Below are positions 1-8,280 of a stretch of 40,119 bases of DNA, in pieces. Each line of letters begins with the position of its first letter. The first letter of the stretch is position 1. Under the pieces are notes generated by a model. It searched no databases. It saw only the letters and a list, made by a program, of their open reading frames with translations, and had not been told where the DNA came from. Source of the stretch: an uncultured Bacteroidales bacterium (GTDB lineage Bacteria; Bacteroidota; Bacteroidia; Bacteroidales; JACABE01); the NCBI GenBank assembly GCA_903936865.1, contig CAIZXK010000488.1, forward strand, positions 1 through 40,119, read 5' to 3'. The translations under genes were made by a program, and so were the position numbers.

Positions 1-132
1 AAATCCGCAAGGATTTTTATTAGTGTTTTATTATTAGCTGTTTACAATACCGTATCATCATTGTAATTTTTTTTTAAATTAGTGTAATTAGTGCAATTAG
101 TGGCGAATATAATAAAGCGTGAGGATATAAGG
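1..132 (-). mobile_element. MITE-like short interspersed element, family A, copy a (inverted relative to copies b/c; left end cut by window edge)
   Basis: The reverse complement of 1-28 (aaacactaataaaaatccttgcggattt) is near-identical to 926-950 and 16589-16612. Looser colinear similarity runs across ~120 bp. The far end, 119-132, reads CCTTATATCCTCAC on the minus strand, like the 5' end of copy c. Confidence 0.5.
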
Positions 133-173
133 AACTAATGAAATAAGAAATTTTTATTAAAAAACAGATTTTC

Positions 174-737
174 CTACTTATTAACTACATCAACTATTGT
201 GGAAGCATAATCATCCAGTTCGCGCAATTGAATGATAATTTTTTCGTCCCAGACTTTTTGCTGAACCATATTCATGGAATGCTCGGTTTGTTTATCATAC
301 TTTTCCTGTGCATCTCTAAGTTCTTCAACAATTTGCCTGTACATATCCGAAATCACGGCATTTATATTTTTCACTTTCATAAAATCTTTTTTCAATATTC
401 GCTGGCGTAGCTTACGTGCATAAATTTCGCATATATCGAAGTGCCCTTTTTCGTGGCGAAGCATGTATTCCGAATCGGTGCTTAGTGCAGATTTGGCTCT
501 TGACATCAAAGCCTCAACCACAAATTGTATTTCACCGTTATTTTCCTGAGTGTATAAATAAACATAGGTTGATGCCATGCCAGCATATCCCTTCTTTACC
601 TTGCCCTTAAAATCTTCTTTGCTAAGTTCGTAATCAGAACTCCAGATAATGGTATCCTTTAAAAGGCTGGAGTTTTTCTGCGAAAACCCACTTAAAGTGA
701 TGGTGAAAAAAAGTATGGATAAAAATGTTTTTTTCAT
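174..737 (-). CDS. Secreted DUF922-like putative Zn-dependent peptidase
   Basis: 187-aa ORF with N-terminal signal peptide MKKTFLSILFFTITLSGFSQ. It has the HExxH motif (RHEKGHFDICEIYARK) typical of DUF922-type predicted metalloproteases. Confidence 0.6.
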   Translation of the reverse strand: MKKTFLSILFFTITLSGFSQKNSSLLKDTIIWSSDYELSKEDFKGKVKKGYAGMASTYVYLYTQENNGEIQFVVEALMSRAKSALSTDSEYMLRHEKGHFDICEIYARKLRQRILKKDFMKVKNINAVISDMYRQIVEELRDAQEKYDKQTEHSMNMVQQKVWDEKIIIQLRELDDYASTIVDVVNK

Positions 738-793
738 GGCTGTTTGTATTTATTCTACAAATATATACTATTCTTTTCAATATTTATTATATT

Positions 794-954
794 CCTTAAA
801 TCCGCAAATAAAAATTTTATTGCCCGCGAATTACACGAATACTTCGACTTCGCTCAGTACAAGTTATGCGAATTTAATAAAATAATTATATGACAGCAAA
901 AATCAATAACTATCAGTTAATAAAGCACTAATAAAAATCCTTGCGGATTTTAGG
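794..954 (+). mobile_element. MITE-like element, family A, copy b (161 bp)
   Basis: 14-bp terminal inverted repeats, CCTTAAATCCGCAA (794-807) and TTGCGGATTTTAGG (941-954), match at 13/14. ATATT occurs on both flanks (789-793 and 955-959). A 7-bp stem with 4-nt loop (AAAATCC ttgc GGATTTT) lies at the 3' end. The only ORF here (649-885) looks spurious. Confidence 0.55.
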
Positions 955-1161
955 ATATTGATGAACAGGAAAAGTAATACTTGTTATGAAATAAGCAGGC
1001 ATTAAATTGAGTAAATAAAGCTAAAGCAGATTTATTATAAATGGAAGAAAAAACAATATCGGTTAGTTTATTCCCATCTCAAAACAGGAGAATAATCCCT
1101 GAAATATTACAGTAATGCTGAAAAACAGCTATCGAAGAGAGTAAACCGGGAAGTAAGCAAA

Positions 1162-1182
1162 GAAATGCAGGAGTTGTACTTT
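1162..1182. repeat. Solitary copy of the 21-bp unit of the 8.8-9.0 kb tandem array
   Basis: gaaatgcaggagttgtacttt matches units of the array at 17/21. The 13-mer GCAGGAGTTGTAC (1167-1179) is identical to 8987-8999. Confidence 0.45.
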
Positions 1183-1494
1183 ATTACAAATTTATTTTGT
1201 ACAGAAATTCATTTTATTTACTTAAACAAAAATAAAAGTCTCAAATTAGATTGCATAGAAAAAAAGGACTGCAACTTATCTTCATCATCTCCGGAAATCT
1301 GTATTGAATATTATTATAAATGAGCTGGTATTCGACAACAAAATTTATTTTGTTAAAAGATAATTACTTATTGAAATTTTACTAATTTTACCACTTCAAT
1401 TAAAAAGACGAAACAATGACCTATTGAAATCAATTATTAAAAACATAAAAAAGCGTTAGCTTTTATTTCTACTTTAGAAATCTGGTAAATTTTT

Positions 1495-1608
1495 GGTACA
1501 GGAATAATAAGTGATAACGCTCACGCTCCGGCGTGGGCTTTACTTATTTGTACCAAGGGCTTACCAGAGCCTCTAAAGTGAATATAGTTAAGTTCCCACG
1601 CTTTTTTT
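1495..1608 (+). promoter_or_regulatory. GC-rich structured island in the 5' leader of the giant T9SS gene (attenuator/terminator-like or small RNA 3' end)
   Basis: A nested hairpin has arms GGTACA(1495-1500)/TGTACC and AATAAGT/ACTTATT, with inner stem CACGC(1522-1526) tccg GCGTG(1531-1535). An alternative pairing is GCGTGGG(1531-1537) with CCCACGC(1595-1601), followed by T7 (1602-1608). The element sits in an otherwise very AT-rich, ORF-free 670-bp region. Confidence 0.3.
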
Positions 1609-1665
1609 ATAACATATAAATTATTAATGTCTCAGGGAATAAGACAAAATAAAAAATCAAAAGAT

Positions 1666-4600
1666 ATGAAAAAAATCTACATTTTATTAATTGCAATATT
1701 ATTAGGAGGTATTGCAAATGCACAAAACTGGCAATCAGTGGGACCTAATTGCATAAATATGCCATCACAGAAAGGGAATGGCTCATATTCTATGGCAATT
1801 AGTAACAATGGGACTCCTTTTGTTTTCATTCAGGAAAATTATAATTATTTTATAAAAAATTCAGTAAGAAAATTTGATGGGACTAATTGGATTAATGTCG
1901 GAAATCCTAATTTTTCATCAACATATTATAGTAGCAATAGGGCGATTGCTATTGATAATAACGGAAATCCTTTAGTAGCTTTTTCCGAGAATATTAGTGG
2001 AGATGTTAAAGTGATGAAATACAATGGAAATACTTGGGATTATTTAGGAACACCAGGCTTTACATGTGTTTACAACGACATATTTCCAATGGTTATTGAT
2101 AATAATGGCATTCCATATATCGCATTTAATGATAATACCAATAACAAAAGAATTTCAGTTAAAAAATACAATGGGACCAATTGGGTATATGTTGGGAATG
2201 CTGGATTTTCTGCTGGAAGTGCAGAGTATTTATCTTTAAAATTAGATGTAAATGGTATTCCATATATTGCATATAGAGATAATGCAAATTATTATAAAGC
2301 ATCGGTAATGAAATTTAATGGAAGTAATTGGGTTAATGTTGGGAATGCAGGTTTTTCGGATGGTAATGTATTTTACACATCTATAACTATTGATACTTCA
2401 GGAACACCTTTCGTTGTTTATAAAGACAGTATAAATAATAACAAAGCTACTGTAAAAAAATATAATGGAAATAGCTGGGTAAATGTAGGAAATGCAGGTT
2501 TGGTTTCATATCCTGTTAATTACACAAGTATTGTCTCTGATATATCAGGTAATCTTTTTATTGGTTTTAAAGACACGACTAATTTAGGTAGTTCAACAGT
2601 TATGAAATATAATGGCAATACTTGGGTTACATTAGGAAGTGCGGGTTTCTCTGGAAATGGAACTCAAGACAACAATTTATTAATTGATAATAACGGTATT
2701 TTATATATGGCATCAAAAGAAATAAGACTCTACAACGATAATTGGGATTATGAATTTATTTACAGTGTAATGAAATTTAACGGAACTCAATGGGTAAATG
2801 TTGGAGAAAAGGGAATCGCTGATTTATATAATGATGTAAATTCTATTGCTATTGATAGTATTGGAAATGTTTATTTAGCATTTAGTGACAATAATGCAAA
2901 TCAAAAAATTTCAGTAAAAAAATACGATGGAAACAACTGGACAACTGTTGGAAATCAAGGTTTTTCTTCAAGTAAAGCAGACCATGTTTCAATTGCATTA
3001 AATAAATCAGGAATACCTTATGTTGTTTATAGGGAAACAGCAAATGGAGAAAAAGCTACAGTGAAGAAATTTAATGGAACTAGCTGGGTAAATGTGGGTA
3101 ATGCAGGTTTAGCTAATGGATATGGAGCTGCCTGGACTCAAATAGCTATCGATAGTGCATCTACTCCTTATGTGGTTTTTATGCAAAAAGGTTCAGGCAA
3201 TTACGATTATACTGCCTTTGTAACAAAATTCAATGGGAGTAATTGGGTAAATGTAGGTAGTAATAATGCATCAGAATATGGACAATCTGCCTATTATACA
3301 AAAATAGCAATAGACGATAATACGGGAACTCCTTATATATTATATCATACTACTAATAATATGCGATTAATTGTAAGAAAATTCAATGGAACAGCGTGGG
3401 AAACTATTGGGAATTCTTTTTTTATAAATCCCACTGCTAACAAACATTCAATTGCAATTGACAATAACAGTACACCATATATAGCTTATGCATCAAGTGA
3501 TAGTGGTCTTATTGTAAAAAAATTCAATGGCAGCAATTGGTTAAATGTTGGTATGACAAGCATTGCAAAAACAGATTCTGTTGATTTTATTAAACTTGCT
3601 ATTAGTAAAAGTGGGATTCCTTATCTTACTTATACTGATATTACAGATAAAAACTTTAAAAAAGCCGTTTTAAAATATTTTAATGGAAATAATTGGGTCA
3701 ATATACCTACAACTGATTTTTCTAATGGAAATATAACTGGGACAATATTAGCAATTAATAACAATAATTTACCATATTTAGCATATAAATCATTCAGTTT
3801 TGCTTGGGTGAAAAAATACTTCAAGTGTACTAATCCAACATATGGAGGCGTTATTTCAGCAAATCAAAGTATATGTTTAGGAACAACACCTCTAATGCTT
3901 TCCAATACACAAAATTCAAGTGGTTTTATGGGTTCTCAGGTGTATAAATGGCAAAAATCGACAATAAGTGATACTTCCGGTTTTACTGATATTGCAGGAG
4001 CAACAGGATTAACTTATCAGCCTTCATCATTAAATGTAAATACTTGGTTTCGTCGTTTGGCAAATGTATCTTGTAGTAGTAACTGGATAGATTCTGCCGC
4101 AATAAGTAATGTTATAAAAATTAAAGTTGATTCATTTCCAGTAACTGCAACTGCTGCTGCTATCTCCGGTTCAACAACAGTTTGTCAAGGTCAAACTAAT
4201 GTAGCTTATACCGTTCCTGTTATTGCTAATGCAAGTTCCTATATCTGGACATTGCCTTCAGGAGCAACTACAACAACAAACACTACTAATACAATTTATG
4301 TAAATTACGGTTCTTCAGCAGTTTCAGGTAATATAACCGTTAAAGGTCATAGTGGTTGCGGAAATGGAGGAAGTAGCAGTTTAGCTGTAACAGTAAGTCC
4401 TTTACCAGTTGCTGCTGCCACAATCACAGGCTTAAATTCTGTTTGTCCGGGTCAATCCTCAGTAACTTATTCTATACCAGCTATTGCAAATGCAACATCC
4501 TATATCTGGACATTGCCAGCAGGGGCAACAGGCACAAGTACAACAAATACAATTACAGTTAACTACGATTCATCAGCAGTTTCTGGTAATATTAGTGTAT

Positions 4601-7281
4601 TTGGTGTTAATTCATGTGGAAATGGTGCAAGTTCTATAAAGGCAATAACGGTTTCTATGCCTGTGGCAGCAGGAAATATAACAGGAGGTATTTCAGTTTG
4701 TCCAGGTTATAATCACATAGATTATACGATTTCGCCAATTACCAATGCAACATCTTATATTTGGACATTACCTACTGGGGCAACAGGTTCAAGTACAAGT
4801 AATACAATATCTGTGAATTATGGTAGTTCTGCGATTTCCGGTAATATAATAGTTAAAGGTCATAGCAGTTGCGGAGATGGTGGAAGCTCCAGTTTAGCGA
4901 TTACTGTTAATCCTTTACCCGATTCTGCTGGTATTATCTCAGGCTTAACTACGGTCTGTGAGGGTCAAACCTCAGTAACTTATACTATTCCAGCAATTGC
5001 TAATGCAACTAGTTATTATTGGTCTTTGCCTCCAAATTCTACAGCTACTTACACAGCCAATAGCATTACTGTTAATTATGCGAATACTACAACTTCAGGT
5101 CAAATTAAAGTTAAAGGTAGTAACAGTTGTGGTTATGGTGCAAGCTCCAGTTTAGCGATTACTGTGATTCCTATACCCAGTCAAGCTGGATTTATTTCAG
5201 GTGCTTCACCTGTTTGCCGTGGTCAATCCTCTGTTACTTACTCTATTCCTGTAATTCCAAGTGCAACATCTTATATTTGGACATTACCAGCCGGAGCAAC
5301 TGGAACAAGTAATACAAACACAATAACTGTAAACTATAGTTCATCAGCAGTTTCCGGTACTTTAAAAGTATATGGAGCAAATTCATGTGGTAATGGGTAT
5401 CAATCTAACAGAGCTATTACTGTAATAAATTCTACTCCTAATGCAACTGGTTCCATATCTGGTGCACAAGTAGTTTGTCCTAATCAAACCTCAGTAATAT
5501 ATACAGTGCCAGCTATTTCAAATGCAACATCTTACATTTGGACATTGCCAACAGGTGCAACAGGAAGCAGTACAGCAAATACAATTACAGTAAATTATGG
5601 CGCATCGGCTACTTCAGGAAATATTACTGTAAAAGGTAGCAATTCCTGTGGTATTGGTGATTCATCAATATTAGCAGTAGCAGTAAATTTACAACCAGGT
5701 GCAGCAGGTGTTATTTCAGGTATAACAACACTATGTCAGGGGCAAAGCTCAATAACTTATACAACTCCTGCAATTGCAAATGCAACTTCTTATTCATGGA
5801 CACTTCCTTCAGGAGTAACAGGGAATAGTGCAACCAATAGCATTACTGTTAATTTTGGAAATTATGCCGTTTCAGGCAATATTACCGTAAAAGGTGTAAG
5901 TGCATGTGGTGTAGGTATTCCTTCATCTCTATTTGTTAATGTTAATCCTTTGCCTTCATCATCAGGCTTTATTTCAGGTGCAACAAATGTTTGTAAAGGA
6001 CAAACAAATATTTATTCAGTATCTCCAATTGCAAATGCAAATTCGTATATTTGGACATTGCCTAGTGGTGTAATAGGTGCAAGTGATTCAAACAGCATAA
6101 ATGGATATTTTGGATTAACAGCCACAAATGGGAATATTACAGTTAAAGGAATTAATTCATGCGGAATTGGAGCTACATCTGCAATAGCTATTTATGTAAA
6201 TCCGACACCTTCTGCTGCCGGAAATATAACAGGGCAAACAAATGTGTGTCAAGGGCAAAATTCTATTATTTATTCTGTTACATCTATTGCCAATGCAGCT
6301 TTCTATGAATGGACATTACCAACTGGAGTAATTGGATTAAGTTCAATTGATACAATTTATGTTGATTATAGTAATACTGCAATTTCAGGAAATATAACTG
6401 TAAAAGGGATTAACTCTAATTGTTATGGAGATTCTTCTTCTTTAGCGGTAATAGTAAATCTATTACCTTCATCAGCATCATTAATTACAGGAACTACTAA
6501 TGTAACAGCAGCACAGCAAAATGTGCAATATTCAATTCCTGCAATTGCCAATGCAACTTCATATTTGTGGCTATTACCAAACGGAGCAACAGGTACAAGT
6601 ACAACAAATACTATATCTGTTAATTACAGTTCTTCTGCAGTTTCTGGTAATATTACAGTTAAAGGAATAAACTCATGTGGAATTGGTGATTCATCATCAT
6701 TATATGTTACTGTAAATCCTTTTATTCCCAATTGTTCGGCACAATTTGATCTGGTGGCTGATACAGCAGTTTTACATCATTATTTTGCTGTAAACAATGC
6801 TTCAGGAGTTCCACCTTTGCAGTATAACTGGAGCTGGGGTGATGGTAGTTTCAGCATTACTGCTTATCCAACCCATACTTACAGTGCTTCCGGAAATTAT
6901 AAAATCTGTCTGACAATTATTGATTCTGTGGGTTGTACCACAACTTATTGCGATTCATCATATTTGCAGAAAGATCCGAATGCAATTATCAGCGTTCAGG
7001 TAATACCACAAGGCACTTTAGGAATAAGCAGTTTATTATCTGATAAAATTAAAATTTACCCCAACCCTGCTAAAGACAATCTGATAGTCGAATTAATTAG
7101 GAATATAGATTTAAGAAACAATACGATTTCTTTTTACAATATAGCAGGGCAATTAATTAAGCAACTTTCAACCAAACAAGCTAAAACGGAAATAGATATA
7201 CATGATTTTCCGGCAGGGCTTTATGTGGTTAAGGTGAACAATGAAAAAGAAAGTTTTATAAGTAAATTTGTAAAGGAATAG
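1666..7281 (+). CDS. Giant T9SS-secreted multi-repeat surface protein (propeller-like repeats + 10 PKD-like Cys-pair modules + PKD domain + T9SS type A sorting domain)
   Basis: ORF 1627-7281; the preferred start is ATG 1666 (signal peptide MKKIYILLIAILLGGIANAQ). There are 14 tandem ~48-aa repeats with a (Y/F)NG(T/S)NWxNVGNAGFS motif. One Ig-like module follows (YKWQKS..GATGLTYQP..WFRR). Then come 10 tandem ~86-aa modules (VCxGQ..NATSYIWTLPxGATG..GNITVKGxNSCG). A PKD motif is present (WSWGDGS..PTHTYSASGNYKICL). The C-terminus IYPNPAKDNL...GLYVVKVNNEKESFISKFVKE is a TIGR04183-type Por secretion tail. Confidence 0.9.
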   Translation: MKKIYILLIAILLGGIANAQNWQSVGPNCINMPSQKGNGSYSMAISNNGTPFVFIQENYNYFIKNSVRKFDGTNWINVGNPNFSSTYYSSNRAIAIDNNGNPLVAFSENISGDVKVMKYNGNTWDYLGTPGFTCVYNDIFPMVIDNNGIPYIAFNDNTNNKRISVKKYNGTNWVYVGNAGFSAGSAEYLSLKLDVNGIPYIAYRDNANYYKASVMKFNGSNWVNVGNAGFSDGNVFYTSITIDTSGTPFVVYKDSINNNKATVKKYNGNSWVNVGNAGLVSYPVNYTSIVSDISGNLFIGFKDTTNLGSSTVMKYNGNTWVTLGSAGFSGNGTQDNNLLIDNNGILYMASKEIRLYNDNWDYEFIYSVMKFNGTQWVNVGEKGIADLYNDVNSIAIDSIGNVYLAFSDNNANQKISVKKYDGNNWTTVGNQGFSSSKADHVSIALNKSGIPYVVYRETANGEKATVKKFNGTSWVNVGNAGLANGYGAAWTQIAIDSASTPYVVFMQKGSGNYDYTAFVTKFNGSNWVNVGSNNASEYGQSAYYTKIAIDDNTGTPYILYHTTNNMRLIVRKFNGTAWETIGNSFFINPTANKHSIAIDNNSTPYIAYASSDSGLIVKKFNGSNWLNVGMTSIAKTDSVDFIKLAISKSGIPYLTYTDITDKNFKKAVLKYFNGNNWVNIPTTDFSNGNITGTILAINNNNLPYLAYKSFSFAWVKKYFKCTNPTYGGVISANQSICLGTTPLMLSNTQNSSGFMGSQVYKWQKSTISDTSGFTDIAGATGLTYQPSSLNVNTWFRRLANVSCSSNWIDSAAISNVIKIKVDSFPVTATAAAISGSTTVCQGQTNVAYTVPVIANASSYIWTLPSGATTTTNTTNTIYVNYGSSAVSGNITVKGHSGCGNGGSSSLAVTVSPLPVAAATITGLNSVCPGQSSVTYSIPAIANATSYIWTLPAGATGTSTTNTITVNYDSSAVSGNISVFGVNSCGNGASSIKAITVSMPVAAGNITGGISVCPGYNHIDYTISPITNATSYIWTLPTGATGSSTSNTISVNYGSSAISGNIIVKGHSSCGDGGSSSLAITVNPLPDSAGIISGLTTVCEGQTSVTYTIPAIANATSYYWSLPPNSTATYTANSITVNYANTTTSGQIKVKGSNSCGYGASSSLAITVIPIPSQAGFISGASPVCRGQSSVTYSIPVIPSATSYIWTLPAGATGTSNTNTITVNYSSSAVSGTLKVYGANSCGNGYQSNRAITVINSTPNATGSISGAQVVCPNQTSVIYTVPAISNATSYIWTLPTGATGSSTANTITVNYGASATSGNITVKGSNSCGIGDSSILAVAVNLQPGAAGVISGITTLCQGQSSITYTTPAIANATSYSWTLPSGVTGNSATNSITVNFGNYAVSGNITVKGVSACGVGIPSSLFVNVNPLPSSSGFISGATNVCKGQTNIYSVSPIANANSYIWTLPSGVIGASDSNSINGYFGLTATNGNITVKGINSCGIGATSAIAIYVNPTPSAAGNITGQTNVCQGQNSIIYSVTSIANAAFYEWTLPTGVIGLSSIDTIYVDYSNTAISGNITVKGINSNCYGDSSSLAVIVNLLPSSASLITGTTNVTAAQQNVQYSIPAIANATSYLWLLPNGATGTSTTNTISVNYSSSAVSGNITVKGINSCGIGDSSSLYVTVNPFIPNCSAQFDLVADTAVLHHYFAVNNASGVPPLQYNWSWGDGSFSITAYPTHTYSASGNYKICLTIIDSVGCTTTYCDSSYLQKDPNAIISVQVIPQGTLGISSLLSDKIKIYPNPAKDNLIVELIRNIDLRNNTISFYNIAGQLIKQLSTKQAKTEIDIHDFPAGLYVVKVNNEKESFISKFVKE
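1729..3825 (+). repeat. Intragenic tandem repeat block: ~14 blade-like units of ~144-150 nt
   Basis: The motif NG(T/S/N)xW..(V/L/I)G recurs 13 times after an initial NWQSVGP. Each is followed by an xxIAIDxxGxPY(V/I)(A/V) segment. Confidence 0.7.
4162..6720 (+). repeat. Intragenic tandem repeat block: 10 PKD-like modules, period 255-261 nt
   Basis: Module starts were read at 4162, 4423, 4678, 4936, 5194, 5455, 5713, 5971, 6226 and 6484. Each has two conserved Cys (VCxGQ and NSCG). Confidence 0.8.
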
Positions 7282-7291
7282 ATTACAAAAT

Positions 7292-7330
7292 ATTAGTCGG
7301 AGTGCGACTTGAAGTCGCGCCCCGACTAAT
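7292..7330. repeat. REP-like GC-rich palindromic hairpin (copy 1), probable 3'-end/terminator element of the giant gene
   Basis: ATTAGTCGG-AG-TGCGACTT/GAAGTCGCG-CC-CCGACTAAT forms two stems split by a 2x2 internal loop. It lies 11 nt after the stop codon. Related copies are at 7558-7594, 8570-8606 and 37642-37677, with a half copy at 40014-40033. Confidence 0.7.
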
Positions 7331-7372
7331 GTTTATGTTTTATCATTGATATGGGTTTTATCAAAACAATCC

Positions 7373-7594
7373 CAAGCCTTGTATAATATAAATAAGTATG
7401 GTTTTCAATTACAATACATAAAATATACGAAAGTTTAAGTTCAGGGAGAATCTGCCGGATTTGAAGCCGATAGATAAGATTAAATTTGCAGGTTTTTAAA
7501 CAAGGTAAAGATAATAATCCGGAAGATTTTATTTGTAGAAGAAAGCTGGAAATACCAATAGACGGAGTGCGACTCAAAGTCGCGCCCCGACTAT
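7373..7594 (+). repeat. Long direct repeat, left copy (222 bp), ends in REP hairpin copy 2 (7558-7594)
   Basis: Colinear with 8386-8606. A 64-nt run (7436-7499) is identical in both copies, and the remainder has scattered substitutions and small indels. Confidence 0.8.
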
Positions 7595-7700
7595 TTCTAT
7601 TGTGGTATCCTGATGTATAATATGTGGCTATTGTTGTTTGAAAACAAATAATTTAGTATAAAATTATACCCAAAATCAGGTATATTTAATTATTGTCTTA

Positions 7701-7716
7701 TAATTTTGTATTTTTG
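7701..7716 (+). promoter_or_regulatory. Two adjacent Bacteroidetes-type -7 boxes (TAATTTTG, TATTTTTG) upstream of the DUF4160 gene
   Basis: Both match the TAnnTTTG consensus at 7701-7708 and 7709-7716. A 14-bp palindrome GTATAAAATTATAC lies at 7656-7669 just upstream. Confidence 0.35.
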
Positions 7717-7758
7717 TAGAAAAAAAAGAATATACCGAAATTATATGAGTATTTTGGT

Positions 7759-8034
7759 TTGATAATACTATTTTATTCTAATGAACATGAAGCCATTCAT
7801 GTTCATTGCAACTATCAGGGTAAAGAGAGTAAAGCAGAAATTATTTGCAAGGATGGGAAATTTGTTGAAATTATAATTTCAGAGGTTTTAGGTAAAGAGC
7901 CTATTGATATACAAAAGCAAAAGAAATTTAAAAAATTAGTAGAACCATACAGAGAAGATATTGTAAGAAAATGGATAGACTTTTTTGTTTACAATATTCC
8001 GATAGCCTGTGAAACAATAACAAAAAAACTATAA
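7759..8034 (+). CDS. DUF4160 family small protein (N-terminus probably extends to 7732, see findings)
   Basis: FYSNEHEAIHVH matches the DUF4160 signature FYSNEhxPPHIHV. The gene is small and tightly coupled to a DUF2442 gene. The track start is TTG 7759. Confidence 0.7.
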   Translation: MIILFYSNEHEAIHVHCNYQGKESKAEIICKDGKFVEIIISEVLGKEPIDIQKQKKFKKLVEPYREDIVRKWIDFFVYNIPIACETITKKL

Positions 8035-8037
8035 GCC

Positions 8038-8280
8038 ATGATAATCTCAATACAAGAAGTTAGCTATATAGGCGATTACAAAATTAATTTCCAGTTTTCA
8101 GATGGAGTTGAAAGAACGGTTGATTTTGAGGAGTTTTTGAGAAAAGCTAAAAATCCTATGACTACTAAATATCTCAATAAGGAATTATTTAAGTCCTTCA
8201 CACTCGATTATGGAGACATTGTATGGAATAACTACGAGCTTTGTTTCCCTGTTTGGGATTTACACAAAGGGGAAATATAA
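8038..8280 (+). CDS. DUF2442 family small protein
   Basis: 80 aa. The pattern Y.I.F.FSDG..R.VDF..FL.....L.....F....L..GDIVWNN.ELC is typical of DUF2442. It starts 3 nt after the DUF4160 stop. Confidence 0.7.
   Translation: MIISIQEVSYIGDYKINFQFSDGVERTVDFEEFLRKAKNPMTTKYLNKELFKSFTLDYGDIVWNNYELCFPVWDLHKGEI

Noticed and set aside
228-885. Three small plus-strand ORFs (228-410, 416-610, 649-885)
   Set aside because: The first two are antisense to the DUF922-like gene, which has a signal peptide and an HExxH motif. The third runs into the family A repeat. None shows protein-like features.
1627-1665. 13-codon N-terminal extension of the giant ORF, and the 32-codon extension 39802-39897 of the BNR gene
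   Set aside because: In both cases an internal ATG gives a canonical MKK + hydrophobic signal peptide shared by the two proteins. The 39802-39897 extension merely translates the 20-bp repeats.
7326-7577. 83-aa ORF on the minus strand
   Set aside because: It lies entirely inside the long direct repeat and REP hairpins, and its sequence is low-complexity and hydrophobic. The second repeat copy has indels that would not preserve the frame.
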